A stretch of 64,000 bases of DNA, taken from positions 51,710,001-51,774,000 of the forward strand of contig NC_045696.1 of NCBI RefSeq assembly GCF_009834535.1, read 5' to 3'. The position numbers were made by a program, and so were the translations under genes. This stretch comes from Camelus ferus (Eukaryota). The notes beneath the pieces were generated by a model. That model had not been told where the DNA came from, did no database searches, and worked only from the letters and a program-made list of their open reading frames with translations. The stretch's first letter is position 1. Every line of letters starts with the position of its first letter. Positions 24,873 through 39,198 of this stretch are shown here, in pieces.

Positions 24873-27800
24873 TCCTAAGGAAAGAGGGGAGAAAATGCTT
24901 TTTCAGTTCCCCCTGCTCATTGCCTCTAGGATGTTTTAATGACTATAAAGTTGAAGCCAGGAGTAAATACAATGTATAGAAAATAGAGCTCTATGTGGGT
25001 GAGTGTGTGTGGCTAGAGACACAGACTCCTTGAAAGGATTTCCGGATTCTGCCTTTCCTACACCTTTATAATTTCTTTTTGAAAAAGTCCACAGAGCCTT
25101 AGGAGCAATGAGGTAGAGGAGAAGTGAGCACAGAAATGATAATAAGAGTCACTACTCACTGGGTACCTTCTGTGGTTTCAGGCATCCTAAGGAAATTCTC
25201 AAGTGTGAATCTGGGTATACCCAAGGATGTGGAGCAGTGTGACGAGAATGCACCAAGCCACAGAGTAATAAATACATGGCTGTCTCTCTAGCGGGTCAGT
25301 TGTCCTTGTGGCTAAGTAACTTAAACTCTTATTTGTACCAGTCTTCATTTATCTAATGCTGTTTCTCGACATCATAGAAAAGAATAACAGATGCCGTCCT
25401 TGTCCTCACAGAACTTCTAGTTTAGCGAAACAAACAAGGATATATTGAGATTTAGAATGCAAAACGTGTGCATATTTTTAGGGTGAAACCTGAGACCTCA
25501 CTGAAAAGTCTTCTTTGCAGCAGCCTGCTTCAGGCGACGTCCCAGCACCCCAGCTTGAGGGTCACCTCTGGGAAGAGTTTGAAAAGCAGTGTCAACAGTA
25601 TATCATTTAATCCTGACTACAAGAGTACATACTGTTACTTCCAATTTACCAGAGAAAAAAGGGAGATTTGAGAAATTAGGAAACTTACCCTAAATCAGAC
25701 AGTTGCTGGGATCTGAGTAAGTCTGTACCGTTCCAAAGTCTACATATTTGTAACCGCTAAGTTACAAAACCTCTAGGTGTTTCCCACTTTATGTTTCCCC
25801 CTTGAAATCTGGGCTCATTCAGGATTTTGTAGACTAGTTTAAGCTTCTTCTTTGGAAGGAGATGGGTTTGGCTTGATTTGCATCCTAAATATTCCACGGT
25901 GGTAAGGGAAAGCTATTATTATACCCATTTTATGGTGCGAAAGCTGAGCCACTTGCCAGCTGAGGTATCTGGCTGGGTTAAAAAAGGAATCCGGGTTGTC
26001 AGTCTCTCATTCCTCTCAACTGACTCCAAGCCTAGACAGTGGTATTGTCCAAGGGCTTTTCTGCACATGAGATTCACGTTGGCTGGGAAAGAGTCAGAGG
26101 AACTTTACTAAGGGAAAATAATAGTGCCATAAAAAATGGAAAATAAGTAATCATAACTCACTCACAAAAATTGGTTACTTTTAGCATTGTGAATAGAAAA
26201 GAGAGCATTTATGCACCACAAATGAATCAGAAAATTAGAATGTGTCACAGCACTGATGACAGAACTGAGGAATTCAGATGAACTGAAGTTCAACATGTAT
26301 CTTTCTATCTGAAGAGGGTAAATTGTGTGACAACAGGGACAGAAATGACCTCTTAGACATGCCTTTAATCCTTCCAGTCATATTTCTTCAACTACTCTTG
26401 AGCAGTTAAGTGGGTTTATATCTCTGTTTTCTATGGGTAGAGATAACATTTTAAGATCCTTTTAATGTTCTAGAAGTATTGTGTTAATTAATTCTTATGT
26501 GGGAGTCATTCCAAATAGTAGTATGAAGATTTTTTACCTTATTGATTTTCCTAATACCTTTCTGGCTTCCAGTGTTTTCAAAGGATGAGGCACTTTTGGA
26601 TTTTTTATATTCATACATCTCTCAGAAAAAGTGCCAGCTTCAGAGGTTCCTGTCAATTGATATTCCATCTTCACTCTGGATACATGATTTCCTTTATCTG
26701 ACAGATTCAAGAAATTTTATGCTAGATTTAATGACATTTCATGCACCCTGAATTTGGAGGTTTTTAATTCTCTACTTTCTATCTGGCAAAAGGTTTACTA
26801 GTTAAAGTCAGATGGAAGGATTATTCAGATGTGCATACAGAGCATGTGCAATTTCCCCCTAGGTACTGCGGGGTCTCCTGCAAGTTTCTTGAAGTGCTTT
26901 CACTACTTTGGTCAGTCTGGAGACTGACTATAAATGCCACAAATGGCCATTCATGTCTTGGGGTCTGCTTTTCAAGACCATCTGAAGAAGAACAATAGGG
27001 AAATCACAGTGATGCCTCACCTGTCCTTAATGTGCTATGATAACTCTGAATGATGCCTCATTTAAAAAATTTAGATGATGAAATAACAATCAACAAAAAG
27101 AGAGAATTCATAAACTACAGTTCAGCAGTCAGGTCTGGGACTGTTTTCGAGCCTGAGACATTGCTGAGATACAACTTGACATTCCACCCCATCGTATACA
27201 AATCCTCCTGAGCCTTCTTGATTCTTACAGGCATAGAGCCTGAGAAAGTAGAATGAAGTAAAAGCAGAAGAGCTGGGAGGGGGGCAGGGTACAGCAGGAG
27301 GTGGTGTCAGGGACTGAATTTGTTTAATATATTTAGAATGATTTCTTACAGCTCCAAAAACAGACCCAACTCTATGGCATGATAACATTTGGGAGCCTGT
27401 ACAATCTGATTTCAAACATCTTTTCCTTCCATATTTCAAAGTCCTGAAGTTATAGCTTTATAGGTTCCAAGTGGATTGGTGTACCAGGACATTTTACTAT
27501 AGTACATTAATATCCTTTAGGCGTTGCTGAAATGGTCTGGCATCATGTGGTCCAATCAAGTAGAAACACTTGGTTGTAATGCTGCTCACAGCCTACCATT
27601 AATGCCATTTGGTAGCAAAAAGAAAAAAAAAATAGTTGTGCCTATTATAGGGCAAACCCATCCCAAGACTCCTTGGTATATAAACACAGAAAGTAACATG
27701 TTAGTGGTACAGAGGCCTTTGGAATAAATATGGGCACAGCAGGAGAAAGAAACATCCAGATCATTGTGAACAGAAGGCTGTCTTCACTCAAATGGTTCCC

Positions 27801-28769
27801 TTGAATTTTTTTTTAATACAAACGGAAAAATTATGATATAAATTATGATATAAAAAAATCAAAAGATATAAATTAAGAAAGTACTTTTACCTGATGGTCT
27901 CTTAGGTACTAAATCAAGAGGACAATGTGGGCACAGTCTGTGTTTTAAAGACTTGATAAGAGCTTTCCATGATACAGATTGGAAAATGTTACTTTTGTCC
28001 TTGTCACCACCAACTATTTGCTTAAGAGCAATCCCAGATCTTTCACGATCTGGCCCCAATCCACCCCTTTTGTTTTTTTCCCACCACTGCTTCCTTCCAT
28101 ACTGTGACAGGCTATTTGCTCTCCCTGAATATGCCCAAGACATCTTTGTCTCTGAGACTTTGCGAACAGTCCACACCTGAATCTCCCAAGCCTAGCACAG
28201 TGTCCTAAACACAGCATGACACTCCAGTGTTTATGAATAAATGCCGTCTACCTATTTTAGGAGACAAATATGATAGAAAAAAGTTGTTAATTCAGTAAAC
28301 GAATAGCACCAGAGAGAGGTCAAGGAAAAGTTAATTTTAGTGCATTTTAGGGGTGGGGGCAGGATGAGCTTTAAGATTAGGAAAACTGATGCTCTTTATT
28401 CTTGGGTCTGGCCGATGCTATGAGTCAGTTACTTTTTTTGGGAACAAGTTTCAACCTCAAGGTTAAATGAACACAAATGCTCTGTCCATCAGCATATAAT
28501 GAAAAAGCTGTGGCTATTTCCACATGGCACAGTGAAATTAAAATATGCAGTGCCTTTCTCAGAGGCATCATATATGACAGAACTTTTAAATTGGCCCCCT
28601 TTGCTACACTTGTACAGAAAGAGCTATAAAAACAAAAGTAAATGTTTAAAAAAATAATTTCACTTAGGAAATAAAGAGCTGAGGTGTATCTTCATAGTTT
28701 TCTGACTATAAGAAGAGTTGTTATAAAGAGGATAATGATAGGCAGTTTTGTCCTAGGGCAAAATGATAT

Positions 28770-29000
28770 TAAACTGTCCAGTGAAGAATTTAAGTTAAGA
28801 CTTAAGGATGAACATCCTCAATGTACAAGTGGTAAATAATCAAATAGATGGCTAAGAGCAGTTATGGAATTTCTATCTTCATGGCTATTTAAAAATAGGA
28901 AAGATCCTCATCTATTTCAGATGGAATAAATGCAGCTCTGCCTCCAGTCAGGAGCATGAATTCAATGATTTCTCTAGTCTTGTTTTGCACTATATGACTA
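28770..29000 (+). mobile_element. CR1/L3 LINE 3' fragment
   Basis: atttaagttaagacttaaggatgaacatcct...gttatggaatttctatcttcatggctatttaaaaatagg...gatttctctagtc resembles the CR1/L3 3' end. Confidence 0.55.
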
Positions 29001-31139
29001 CAAAATCCCATAGCATGTTGACTCCCAAAATTGTACAGAATCACAACATAGCTGAGTAAAAGACATTCTGTGGTTGAAGAGGATAAAGCAATACAGAAAA
29101 GTCTATAAGTAAGTCACTAAATTCAACATGGTGTATATGGTGCTTAAGTATTGATTCTGTTTGCCAAGTGTATATCAATTACTATAACAGAATTGAGGAA
29201 AATATACATGAATCTACTATGGTTTTAACATAATGATTAGCTAGAGTAAAACATCCTAACAACTAATTCTTTCATGTCCAAGAAATTCAGCTGAATATTT
29301 TATTAACCTGTGATGAATATGCATATAAACTCAAAATCCACTTTTTTTAATAGCTAGAAAAAAGACCAGAAAATAATATAAGAATTCATTATTATTATTC
29401 CCAGGACTATCTTCAAAGACATCAGGAGAACCAGTGAACAAATACCTCTAAGTGGCCAAAATGGGCTCCATATGAGTAAGAATGTAAATCTAATGACAGA
29501 CTCAGGAAAAGCTCTAACAGGGGTGGCAAGTTCCTGGCTTTCTTGTCTATTTACCTTGCAGCTTTGGAGCTCAGCAGAAGTGTCCATTACATACAGCACA
29601 CAGGATTAAATGAACAGTTCCAATGACCTGGTCTGAACCAAATTCATTTAAAGCAGTTTGCCACATTTCTTAAATAGAAGATGAGCCCATTCTATCCATG
29701 GCCTGGTTTTGGACTGGATCACCGAACTATTGCCTAACTCTTATAAGCAAAGCATTAACATGTACCAATTAACAGACAGCCCACAGCAGAGGCATCAGAA
29801 AGGTTAAAATACACACACATAAGAAATTGTTAGTACATTATAGAAGAAAGCTATTTCTAAAGATGGACTTTGGCTACTAAAGCTTTTGACTGTTATTAAG
29901 CCTTTTTTAGGGAAAAAAAAATCAGTCCCAATGTAACTTGTAAAGATCTGGTTAAAAAAAGAAATAGAGACAGAGAAATGTAGTTTTATTTTGCAACCCA
30001 TTATTTTCATAAGGACACAAATCAGAGATAAACTATGCCAATTTTTTTCAGAGCCGACTTGTTATAGGATGTTGTTCTAGTCTTCACTAATGACTTCTGG
30101 AGGTTGGCTATTGCTGTGATCAGGAGCTGGGAGGATAGAGGTCTAAGACCTTTCAAGAGAAACATTTTGTTCAGTATCAGTACAGAAAATAAAGTCAGTG
30201 TTAAGCTATCTTCGACAACCTAACTAGCATAATGGTTGGTACACGTAGCCATAGCTTATACTATTTTAAACGTCGGGAATGAATTGAACTGCAAAGGTGT
30301 CAAGCTGACCAGCAACTGGTAAGGCTGTGGTACAATAAGCTGACAATGTTGTTGCTAGAATTCATAAACCTTACTCCTGGACTCCCTCCCTCTGCTCCTT
30401 CCTATTTCCACATCCACATTCCTATCATCAGGCTGTTGAAGGAATAAAAACCAAGGTGACCATGTCAGCTCTTCATTCTTCCCAATCCCAAGTTGCTCTC
30501 AGTTATCTGAAAAGTTATTAATTTAAGTGCTTTAATACTTCTTCTTAGGGAAATTGACTTTTTCTTATCTAACCAAATTTGGGTTTTTCCACAGGTAATT
30601 AAGGAGGTATTTGGTGATTATGAGTTCGTGTGTGGTGGTGGTGGTGGATTCTGCTATAGACTCTTCAAAATTTTCAGTTTTACTGCCCAAGAGGGTTACC
30701 TGATTCCCCATCTCAAGAAGCCATTGATGCCTATAGTTTACCTGCGAATAAAGATATTTAAATATACATGTATACACACACACGTATATTTCTTTCAAAA
30801 GTTATAAACATTTTGGGACTTTCTGTCTATACTGTTTATGAAGTGTTGTTCCTACTGATGTCAGAGTAATTGAGGTAGAAATCTAAGAAAACGTAAGTGG
30901 TTTGCACTAACATGTTCTTCATCTGTGATTTCCTCCTGGCTAATCTCCATTGGACCCTGGCTCTTTGGAGCATGCGCTCAAGGAGGCTTTCACAGTATCT
31001 TTCTGCCCCAGAAAATCCTGTAGGTGAAATTTACTGATAAATACCTGAATTCTCATATTCACTCATTAATGATCTAGGAATTGAGGATGTTTTCTGTCTC
31101 CTCTTTCACCTCCCACCTCATGAAAGGATGAGATTGTAA

Positions 31140-31660
31140 ACAATTTCGTGGATCCTTCAGGCCAAACCCTGGCTGAGCTGATCTCAGCAGGCAGGAAACC
31201 GTGGCGGCCTGTGAAACGCAATTAGGAAAACAGAAAGGATTCACCCATACTTTCAGGAAATTATGTTGTTTCCAAGATGAGACCTAGAAAATAAGGCACA
31301 TTAAAAAAAAAAAAAAAAACAAACTGATCAAGATATGATTTTAGAAAGAGTCCGCAGAGGTAAATTTCAGAAAGTGCCGGATTCGCCGGATCCTTCTCAA
31401 GCCGCGGATTCATTTTCAGTGTCTGACACTGGCTTGCACCAGACACTTCAAGGGAAGTCCATTCATCTCTGACCATTGAAGCCCAAAATACTCACTGCAC
31501 AATATTTCTCGTCTACAAAGGCAATCAATTTGTGCCCCCGAGTCTGAGGATTCGTGGCTTTCTTTTAATTTTGTAAGTCTGTACATACAGGTTTCCTCCG
31601 GCGTGGGATTTGGTCCTGAGGAAGTGACCTACCCACAACTCCACAGAGCTAATTAACCCC
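31140..31660. promoter_or_regulatory. CpG-enriched promoter/enhancer-like patch
   Basis: About 15 CpGs in about 470 bp of non-repeat sequence; ETS/PU.1-type GAGGAAGTGA (31618-31627), GCGTGGG and a TGACCT half-site. Confidence 0.4.
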
Positions 31661-34600
31661 ATACTGAGCTTTTTTTTTTTTTTTAAATCATTTCACACAT
31701 GCAGTCAATGTTCTAAATGACCCAGCAGCAGTAGCATGATCAGATGGGTTTTTTTTTTCTTCTCAGTGAGTAAAGCATGGTGGTGGGAGAGCTAAGATGT
31801 AGCTGCTCTAATTCACAACAGTAATGTGACCCTAAAACATTACCAAGTAACATTTGTTAGCAGTGTAGAAATGCTCAGAAAAGCTTGAATTAAACTCTTT
31901 CACGTTATTCAGTCAACTTATTGAAGTTTCTATTTTAAATAACAATACGTAATAAATATGAAGGTGAAGTTTGAGCTATATCCAGAAACATTTTTTGAAA
32001 TCCCATTTTACTGGAAAAAAAGATAAAAGACCCACAGCCTCCTTCCCCATCTTTAACAGCTTCAAGAGAAGGGCCAATGAGAAGAATGACATAACCCATC
32101 CTTTTTCCATTTCAAGGAATAGGCTCATGTTTTTCCAGATTTATTTTTGCCAAAGTGAATGCCTTGAAAACTCTTAAGATGATCGCTGTTTTCTAACTTT
32201 TCAAAAAAGAAAAGAAAAAAGTGAACATGATGATGGTGGGTGATTTAATGGAATCAGCTTGTCAACATGATGAAACTGAAAAAGCTTTTACAGAATATGT
32301 CCACATGCTAAAATAAAAAATCTTTAACATAATGTATATAGTGTAGAGTGATTTTTGTTATGGCAAAAGAAGGGAATATCATTAATTTAGACAGTAAGTG
32401 TAAGGTTCTGCTAAAAACTCCAGGGATAAATCATAGAAATACATCTTGGCCAGACAAACGGAGCCAGACAAGTTCTAGTTCTTTCAGAAGCTATCAAAAG
32501 AACCATCAGATTTTAAGTCTGTCATCTCTGGTACGTGATAAGAAAAATTCTGGGCTATTTCCCTCAGCTATACTAGTATATAGCTTCAAAGTTTTAAAGA
32601 TTTATACATAAATGGACAAGAAAATGACCTCCTCTGAATGTCCCATTTTAGGCAAACCATCAGATCTCTTTCATTCTCAAAAGTAAGTGTGGCAAATTGG
32701 CTCATTTGGATAGGACTTGGTCACAGAGTGTGCACATCTTGTGTGAACTTTCAGTCTCTTTCCTTTGCAGTATGATTTATGTACACGCTATTAAATGCCC
32801 AAGAATTCTGTAATTCTTAGCACAGTGGACAGGCAGCACAAGGAAAAACATATCTAGTATTTAAAATTCTTGTTTGAAGTATCTTAAATCCTATGGTTTT
32901 GGATTGAAGGCCTTATGAAAGTTCTGAAACATTCACTACTTCTCCCTAAGTGTCTCGTAGGTAAGCCAACTGAGAGTGTTAGGCTGGCAAAACTGGTTCA
33001 AGAGGAAAAAAAAAAATCCAATGAGACACTGTTTTTATCTACACTGGTTGGAAATTTTATATTTGATACAAAGCCTAAATCAGGCTCTTATATCTGTGCT
33101 TCCAGTCTTTGGCTGGAACTGTTTCATCTGGTCATCCTGCAATAGGGATTTTGCTATGATTTCAAAGATTCTGCCCATCACTGATGCTTACCATGGTGTA
33201 TGAGGCCCAATCCCTCACTACCTTTCTAACCTCATTTCTCATCACGTTCATGCAAAATTGGTCCAACTGCAATAGATATGGTTACCTAGGTGGACGGACA
33301 GGAATAGGAATATGAATGAGGACTGAAACGAATAAATCAATAACAATTAGCAACCCTTTGCCCCTGTGAAAACTCAACTTTCTCACTGGAGACATATCTG
33401 TGTTTATAACTGAGACTAACAAAGTTTCTAAACTTTCCTGGAGAATTGGTTAGATAAGGGAGAATACGCAAAAGCATTGCCCAGATGGAGACAGGCATTC
33501 ATTCATTAATTTGACAAATGTTTGTTCAGAGCCTATGATTAATTACTCTCCAAACTGAACTCCTTTCCTGCTCTCAAGGGCCTTCCACTCTAACGTATAT
33601 TTTAGAGAGTTTTTATGTCTCCATTATCATTGACAGGTTATTAGCTCTCTTAGTTAAGTTACCATAAACATAACAACCTACCTATAACAGCCTCTCTTCT
33701 TGTTCTTTATTCACTCTTCATTTGCTTGTGACATCCATTAAGCATGCATGAATAATCTGACCCTTTGCAGCCTATATTATCAACTCAGCTAATTTCAATT
33801 TAGATAAGAAACCCCTTCCCCACCACCAACTACTTTTTCTTCTTCCAACAGTCAAGAAAATATCATAAATGTCTGCCCAGAACTATTTAAGTGTTTGAAA
33901 TGGGTCCTTACATTACAATCTTATATAAAATGTCACTTTTCTTCTTTTTTTTCATTTTTAAAAAAAATTAATCGGGCCTCAGCTCCTAAGAAGCATATCT
34001 TGAGTTACAAGCAAATGATGAGTCAATGGTCTCCCAGACACGCACTCACTACTCTCTGGGGTAGAACATTTCAGCACTCAACAAAGGGTCATAATCTTAA
34101 GTAAGCTCAGTCTCAGAGAGAATTTAATGGAGCACATGTCTCTGGTCCCTATACTTCTTGTAAGGACATACTTCTCCATTATATTTTAGTCTCCTCTGAA
34201 CTTAGCCATCTTAGGTCAATGTCAGTGAACGTGGTATAAAGAACATTAACTCTTCAACTTGTTAAACTTTTTCTTCCTCATATGCCTTACAACTAAAAAT
34301 ACAAGAATTTAATGTATGTACAGAGCAGCAAATGTTCTCTCCCTGTTTCTTTTCAGATATTTTTCTCCTTATATAAACAGTGGTGATAGAATCATGAACA
34401 CCATTGTTCTGCCTCCATGTTAATACTCTTATTATCTTGCATAAACAGAAGTGAGTGAATACGTACATGACACCAATCAATCCCTTTTTCAAAAATGCAG
34501 TTTTCATCTTTCTAAATAGTGGAGGAAGAATTAATGAATTCAACATGCAGTTTACCTATTTATATTTTGAATGTTAATAAAGTAAAACCAAATTATTACC

Positions 34601-36339
34601 TAAGTTCTTTTCAGACTTACATCAGCCATTAACACTCTCCATGCCAGCACGGGGTACGGGAAAGGTAGACTTAACAGCATTGGGTCCAAGTCCCTAGAGT
34701 CAGCTGGCAAGGGGCTTGGCAGGCTAGAGAGGATGTTGAGCTTGCTAGGGCAGGAGATTTTGACTTGTTGGGTAGGTAGGAGATACTCACTGGCAGTGAA
34801 AGGAATACTTTATTATAGAGCACATTGCTAAGGAGAGGTCATTTGGGGGCATTAGGTGAGAGGAATATCAAAACCAAATATAAAAGTGCTCTGTGGGGAC
34901 TAGGGAAAAGGGAAATCACCATTTTTTCCATCTCCTCACTGGTTTCCCTTCTTCCTTAGTGTGCTTTCTCTTTCCATCACTTCATACTCCTTTCCCCTCC
35001 ACTCTTCAGGTTTTCCTCTGCCTCTTTCTAACAAAGAAGCATTTAGGAGCATTTTTAGGGAACAGCGAGACCAAAAAAAATTTAGAGAAGACTTATGATG
35101 ACATACTGTACGTTTATATATACAAGAATATACAACCTATATTTGATTGACCGAGAACTAGAAACTGGGACTTTTGAGATTTAAAAAATTCATGGTATGT
35201 CTGGTCATATTAATCTCCAGACCAGCTGGCTTTTAGCAACGCTGGAAAGAGCTATAAGAGAATCATGAGCAGGAAAAAAAAAAAGGAGATAAATGGAATT
35301 TTATAAGGATTTATATTTATAAGGAGACAGGGACTTTAGAGCTGTCTGTTGACATTCCCCCCAAATTATTGTTTGAAATGCCAGTATCAAGAGAGGAAGC
35401 TTAGGAATTCTCATTGAGTTTAGGAAACTACTAAGCCCTGTGTATTATGTTCATCACAGTCACTCAAGCAAATAAAGGATAACTAGAGCATGGTATCTCA
35501 CAGTGGATAACATGGTTGGTTACCCCGCCACTCTGACACATGGAGGCAGGGCCCACAGGAGCGGGTCTTCTTATGAACACTGTAGACAGACATTCGGGTT
35601 CATCTGAATGCATAGGGAATGAAGCATCAGCTGTACGGTGTCATCTGTGAGGCACCTAAATGTCTTCTCTAACCAAGCACCAACACTTCAAGCCTTGTCT
35701 TCTTGGGAAAAAAAAAATCCAGTGCAAAGCTTATGGGAATATTTATGGAATATAGGAATATTTATTTATGCTGAGACGTATGACAATATGCAACACCTAA
35801 ACACAGGCGGAAGCAAGAAGAAAGAGGAAACACAGAAAGGGAGAGCAAGTGCCAGCTCCAGAGATGCTCTAACAGAATAAGTAGAGAATCTTAAGATGAA
35901 AAAAATAAAAGCATGCTTTGAGGGTAACAACAGTATACTTTAAGAATCTGAGGCAAAAAGGAAAAATATTTGCCAGTTTTCACCACTTAACCACTTGTCA
36001 ATTTTCACCACTGCCCCATGGGAGATTCCTCTCTCACCCACTTTTACATGCATCCTTTTCCTAAGGATCAGCCTTCTGTGATGGTGCTAATGTTGGCAGT
36101 CTTAAGTTATTGGCAAAGTTGGAAACGAAACTCTGACCTGCAAGCTATGTTTCTGAGGCCAGCCTGTGCCCTCTAAAGTGTTCAGTCTACTTTCTGTGGT
36201 TTCCCTGGGACTGGTGGCAAGAGATGTGTGTGGCAGGGACAGGCCTTCTTCTTGGGATATGTAAGTGCCTTATCTTCTCACCATGACTTTGATTTTCATT
36301 TTTTTCCTCTTTTCTCCCAAGACATCAATCTCTAATTTC

Positions 36340-37115
36340 TTCTCTACCAGCCTGGACCCGCATGGTTGTTAATTTTTAAAGACATCCACCATCAATTTCC
36401 TCATCCATGGCTCTCAACTGTACCTAGCTAGTTCTTGAGGCTAGAAGAACCCACTCATGTATGTTCACCTCAGCTCCAGGCTGCTGAGCAGTGCTGAGGA
36501 AAAAGAACAAAACTGTACAGCCTGGTGCCCCTCCAGAGTCCTGGTTTCCAACCTGAGCTGGGGGTTTGGAACAAATTTATAATTCTTTTTATTTTTCTCT
36601 ATTCAGTCTCCTTTTTCAGTTCCCAGTTTCCATTTATCACTCTAATTAACTCCTTATAACTTACCTCCTACCCTTTATTCTCAGCTATTAACCTTGCCTC
36701 TTTTTTCACAGAGAAGACAGAAGCCATCAGATGATAGTCCCGTCACGCTACCTCTGTCAGAACCCATCCCTGACACCTCGGAGGCTTTTTTCTCTAGCGC
36801 TAATAGCCTCCTCCAGGATCTTACTGTATTAGTTACTCCTTCTTTCTTCTGTATTTTCCATTTTCCTACTGCACGCTAACATCTTCAGTTACCCATGTCT
36901 AAACAAACGATAACAACCATAACAAACCAACAAACAACAAACCATCTTCTGTGGACCTGATCTTTCCCTCTTTTGTACCACTTCAAGCTTCCTAAACTCC
37001 GATTTATTCCTCAACACGGTCAAATCTGGTTTCTCTACCTGTGTTTCTAATTAAACTGCCAAGATCATCAAAACCCTCTGAATTACTAGTTCCCAAGGTC
37101 CATTCCTCAACCTTT
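36340..37115 (+). mobile_element. L2 LINE fragment
   Basis: Pyrimidine-rich L2 text (caaatctggtttctctacc...aaactgccaagatcatcaaaaccctc). Confidence 0.55.
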
Positions 37116-37148
37116 TCATTTTCTTCCTTTCTTTTTTAAAGTCAGGTT

Positions 37149-37464
37149 TAAAGTGAACTTATTTACAAAACAGAGACTGACTCACAGACACAAAAAACAA
37201 ATTTATGGTTACCAGGGGGAAAAGTGGGTGGGGAGGATTAAACTGGGAGCTCAGGATTCATAGATACTAATTACCATACATAAAATAAACAATGAGATCC
37301 TACTGTATAGCACAGAGAACTACATTCAATACCTTGTAATGGCCTATGATGAAAAAGAATATGAAAAGGAATATATATATATATATGTATGCATAAATAA
37401 ATCACTATGCTGTACATCAGAAATTAACACAGCATTGTAAACTGACTATACTTCATTAAAAAAA
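37149..37464 (+). mobile_element. Young cetartiodactyl (camelid-type) L1 3' end with 12-bp TSD
   Basis: gaacttatttacaaaacagagactgactcacagac...ctactgtatagcacagagaactacattcaatacc...gtaaactgactatacttcattaaaaaaa. TSD taaagtcaggtt (37137-37148) / taaagttaggtt (37465-37476). Confidence 0.9.
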
Positions 37465-37884
37465 TAAAGTTAGGTTCATTGGTGAATCATTTACATACAA
37501 TCATTTACATCCTTTTTATAAACTTCTACAGTTCAGTAAGTTTTGACTTCTGTATTGGTTCCTTGATGTCTGTAATATAAAGTCCAAATGCCTTGGATTC
37601 ATATACAAATCTCTTCAGAATCCCTAGCAGCCTTCCCCACATAACCCATTGTCTGGTCACACACCATTCAAGAAAATGTGCTATGTACACTCATGCCTTT
37701 TGGACTTTCTTCATGTTTCCTCTCAGTAAACACACAAGTTTTTATGTAATATAGTAAATGCTATTAATATCACCATACCAATGTCCACACAGAATTTTAA
37801 AACTAGATGCTATTTTGAGAAGCTGTTTTTGAAATGGAAAGTAACTTTTAGAATATCACTGCCTGAAGATCTCTATTATTTTAG

Positions 37885-38349
37885 TGTTGTGGGTTGAATC
37901 GTGTCCTTCTCAAATTCGTATGTTGACGTTCTGGACCCTAGTACCACAGACTGTGATGGTATTTGAGAACAGGGTCATTGCAGATGTGGCTAATAAGGAT
38001 GAGGCAATCCTGAAGAAGGGTGGGCCACTAATCCAGGATGACTGGTATCCTTTTACAAGGGGAAATCTGGACACACACATGCACACGGGGAGAACGCGAT
38101 GTGAAAATAAAGGCAGAGGCCAGGACGATACTTCTACAAGTTGAGGAATCCCAGAGACTGCCAGCAAACCAGCAGAGGTAGGAGGGAAGTAGGGAACAGG
38201 TTCTTCTTCAGAGCCCTGGGAAGGAACCAACCCTGCTGACACCTAGATCTTGGGTGTTTAGCCCCTAGAACTGTGAGACAGTAATCACTGTTGTTTAAGC
38301 CACCCAGTTTTGTGGCACTTTGTTATGGAAGCCCTAGTAAACTAAGACA
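37885..38349 (+). mobile_element. Solo MLT1 (MLT1B/C-like) ERVL-MaLR LTR
   Basis: Begins TGttgtgggttgaatcgtgtcc and ends gccctagtaaactaagaCA, with internal ccagcaaaccagcagag and agaactgtgagacag motifs. 5-bp TSD tttag/cttag. Confidence 0.9.
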
Positions 38350-38960
38350 CTTAGCAAATAAACATCTCTAAGTGTGCTGGAATACTAATTAGAGCATTCA
38401 CTCATCAAGTACTTAATGCATACCTACTGTGTGCTAGACATGCTCTCGGATGCAAGGATGCAGGTCTCCAGGAAAAACTCAAACTGTATGTGTTGAATGA
38501 ATGAATAAGAACTTCATCATATGTTACTGCACTTTTGGTATACTAATAAGCAATTAATCTACTAATCATTGATTGAATGCCTGCCATTTATTCATTGATT
38601 AAACATTTATGGAATACCTACTATGTGTCAAGTACCATTTTAGGCACAGAGGATAAAGTTATAGACAAAGTAAGTTCCCCACTTTCGTGTAACTTAAATT
38701 CTAGTGGGGGAACAGACATCAAACATGAAAACAAGTAAATAAATTATGTAATTTAACACTGTGCCCAACACTGACAATCATAAGCATTTCTCCTCTAAAC
38801 CTTCTAGCTCTTGAACACTGCTCAGGGCATTAGTAATACTTAAAAATATTCCTAAATACTTAACAATATTCCATGCCTTGTTATTTCCCTTACATTCCTG
38901 AAATCTCCATATAAGCCTGAAATATCCCTAAGATTAATGAACTTAAGCTGTTCTCTAGAC

Positions 38961-39198
38961 TTTCTTTTTTTTTCCCCCAGTTTTTTATTAAAGTATAGTC
39001 CGTTTACAATGTTGTGTCAATTTCTGGTGTACAGCAACATGTTTCAGTCACACACAACACACACATATATATACGCATATATTCGTTTTCATATTCTTTT
39101 TCATTATAGGTTACTACAAGATACTGAATATAGTTCCCTGTGCCATACAGTAGAAACTTGTGTATCTATTTTATATATGGTAGTTAGTATCTGCAAAT
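38961..39198 (-). mobile_element. Young cetartiodactyl (camelid-type) L1 3' end
   Basis: tttattaaagtatagtccgtttacaatgttgtgtcaatttctggtgtacagc...caagatactgaatatagttccctgtgccatacagtag is the reverse complement of the same L1 tail seen at 37149 and about 46400. Confidence 0.88.

Noticed and set aside
27829..27852. Short tandem duplication aattatgatata x2 (similar ones near 1321, 11372 and 19648)
   Set aside because: Ordinary slippage products with no evident function.
29555..29590. Minus-strand MDTSAELQSCK followed by AAG|gtaaat donor
   Set aside because: No acceptor or promoter context and no recognisable protein.
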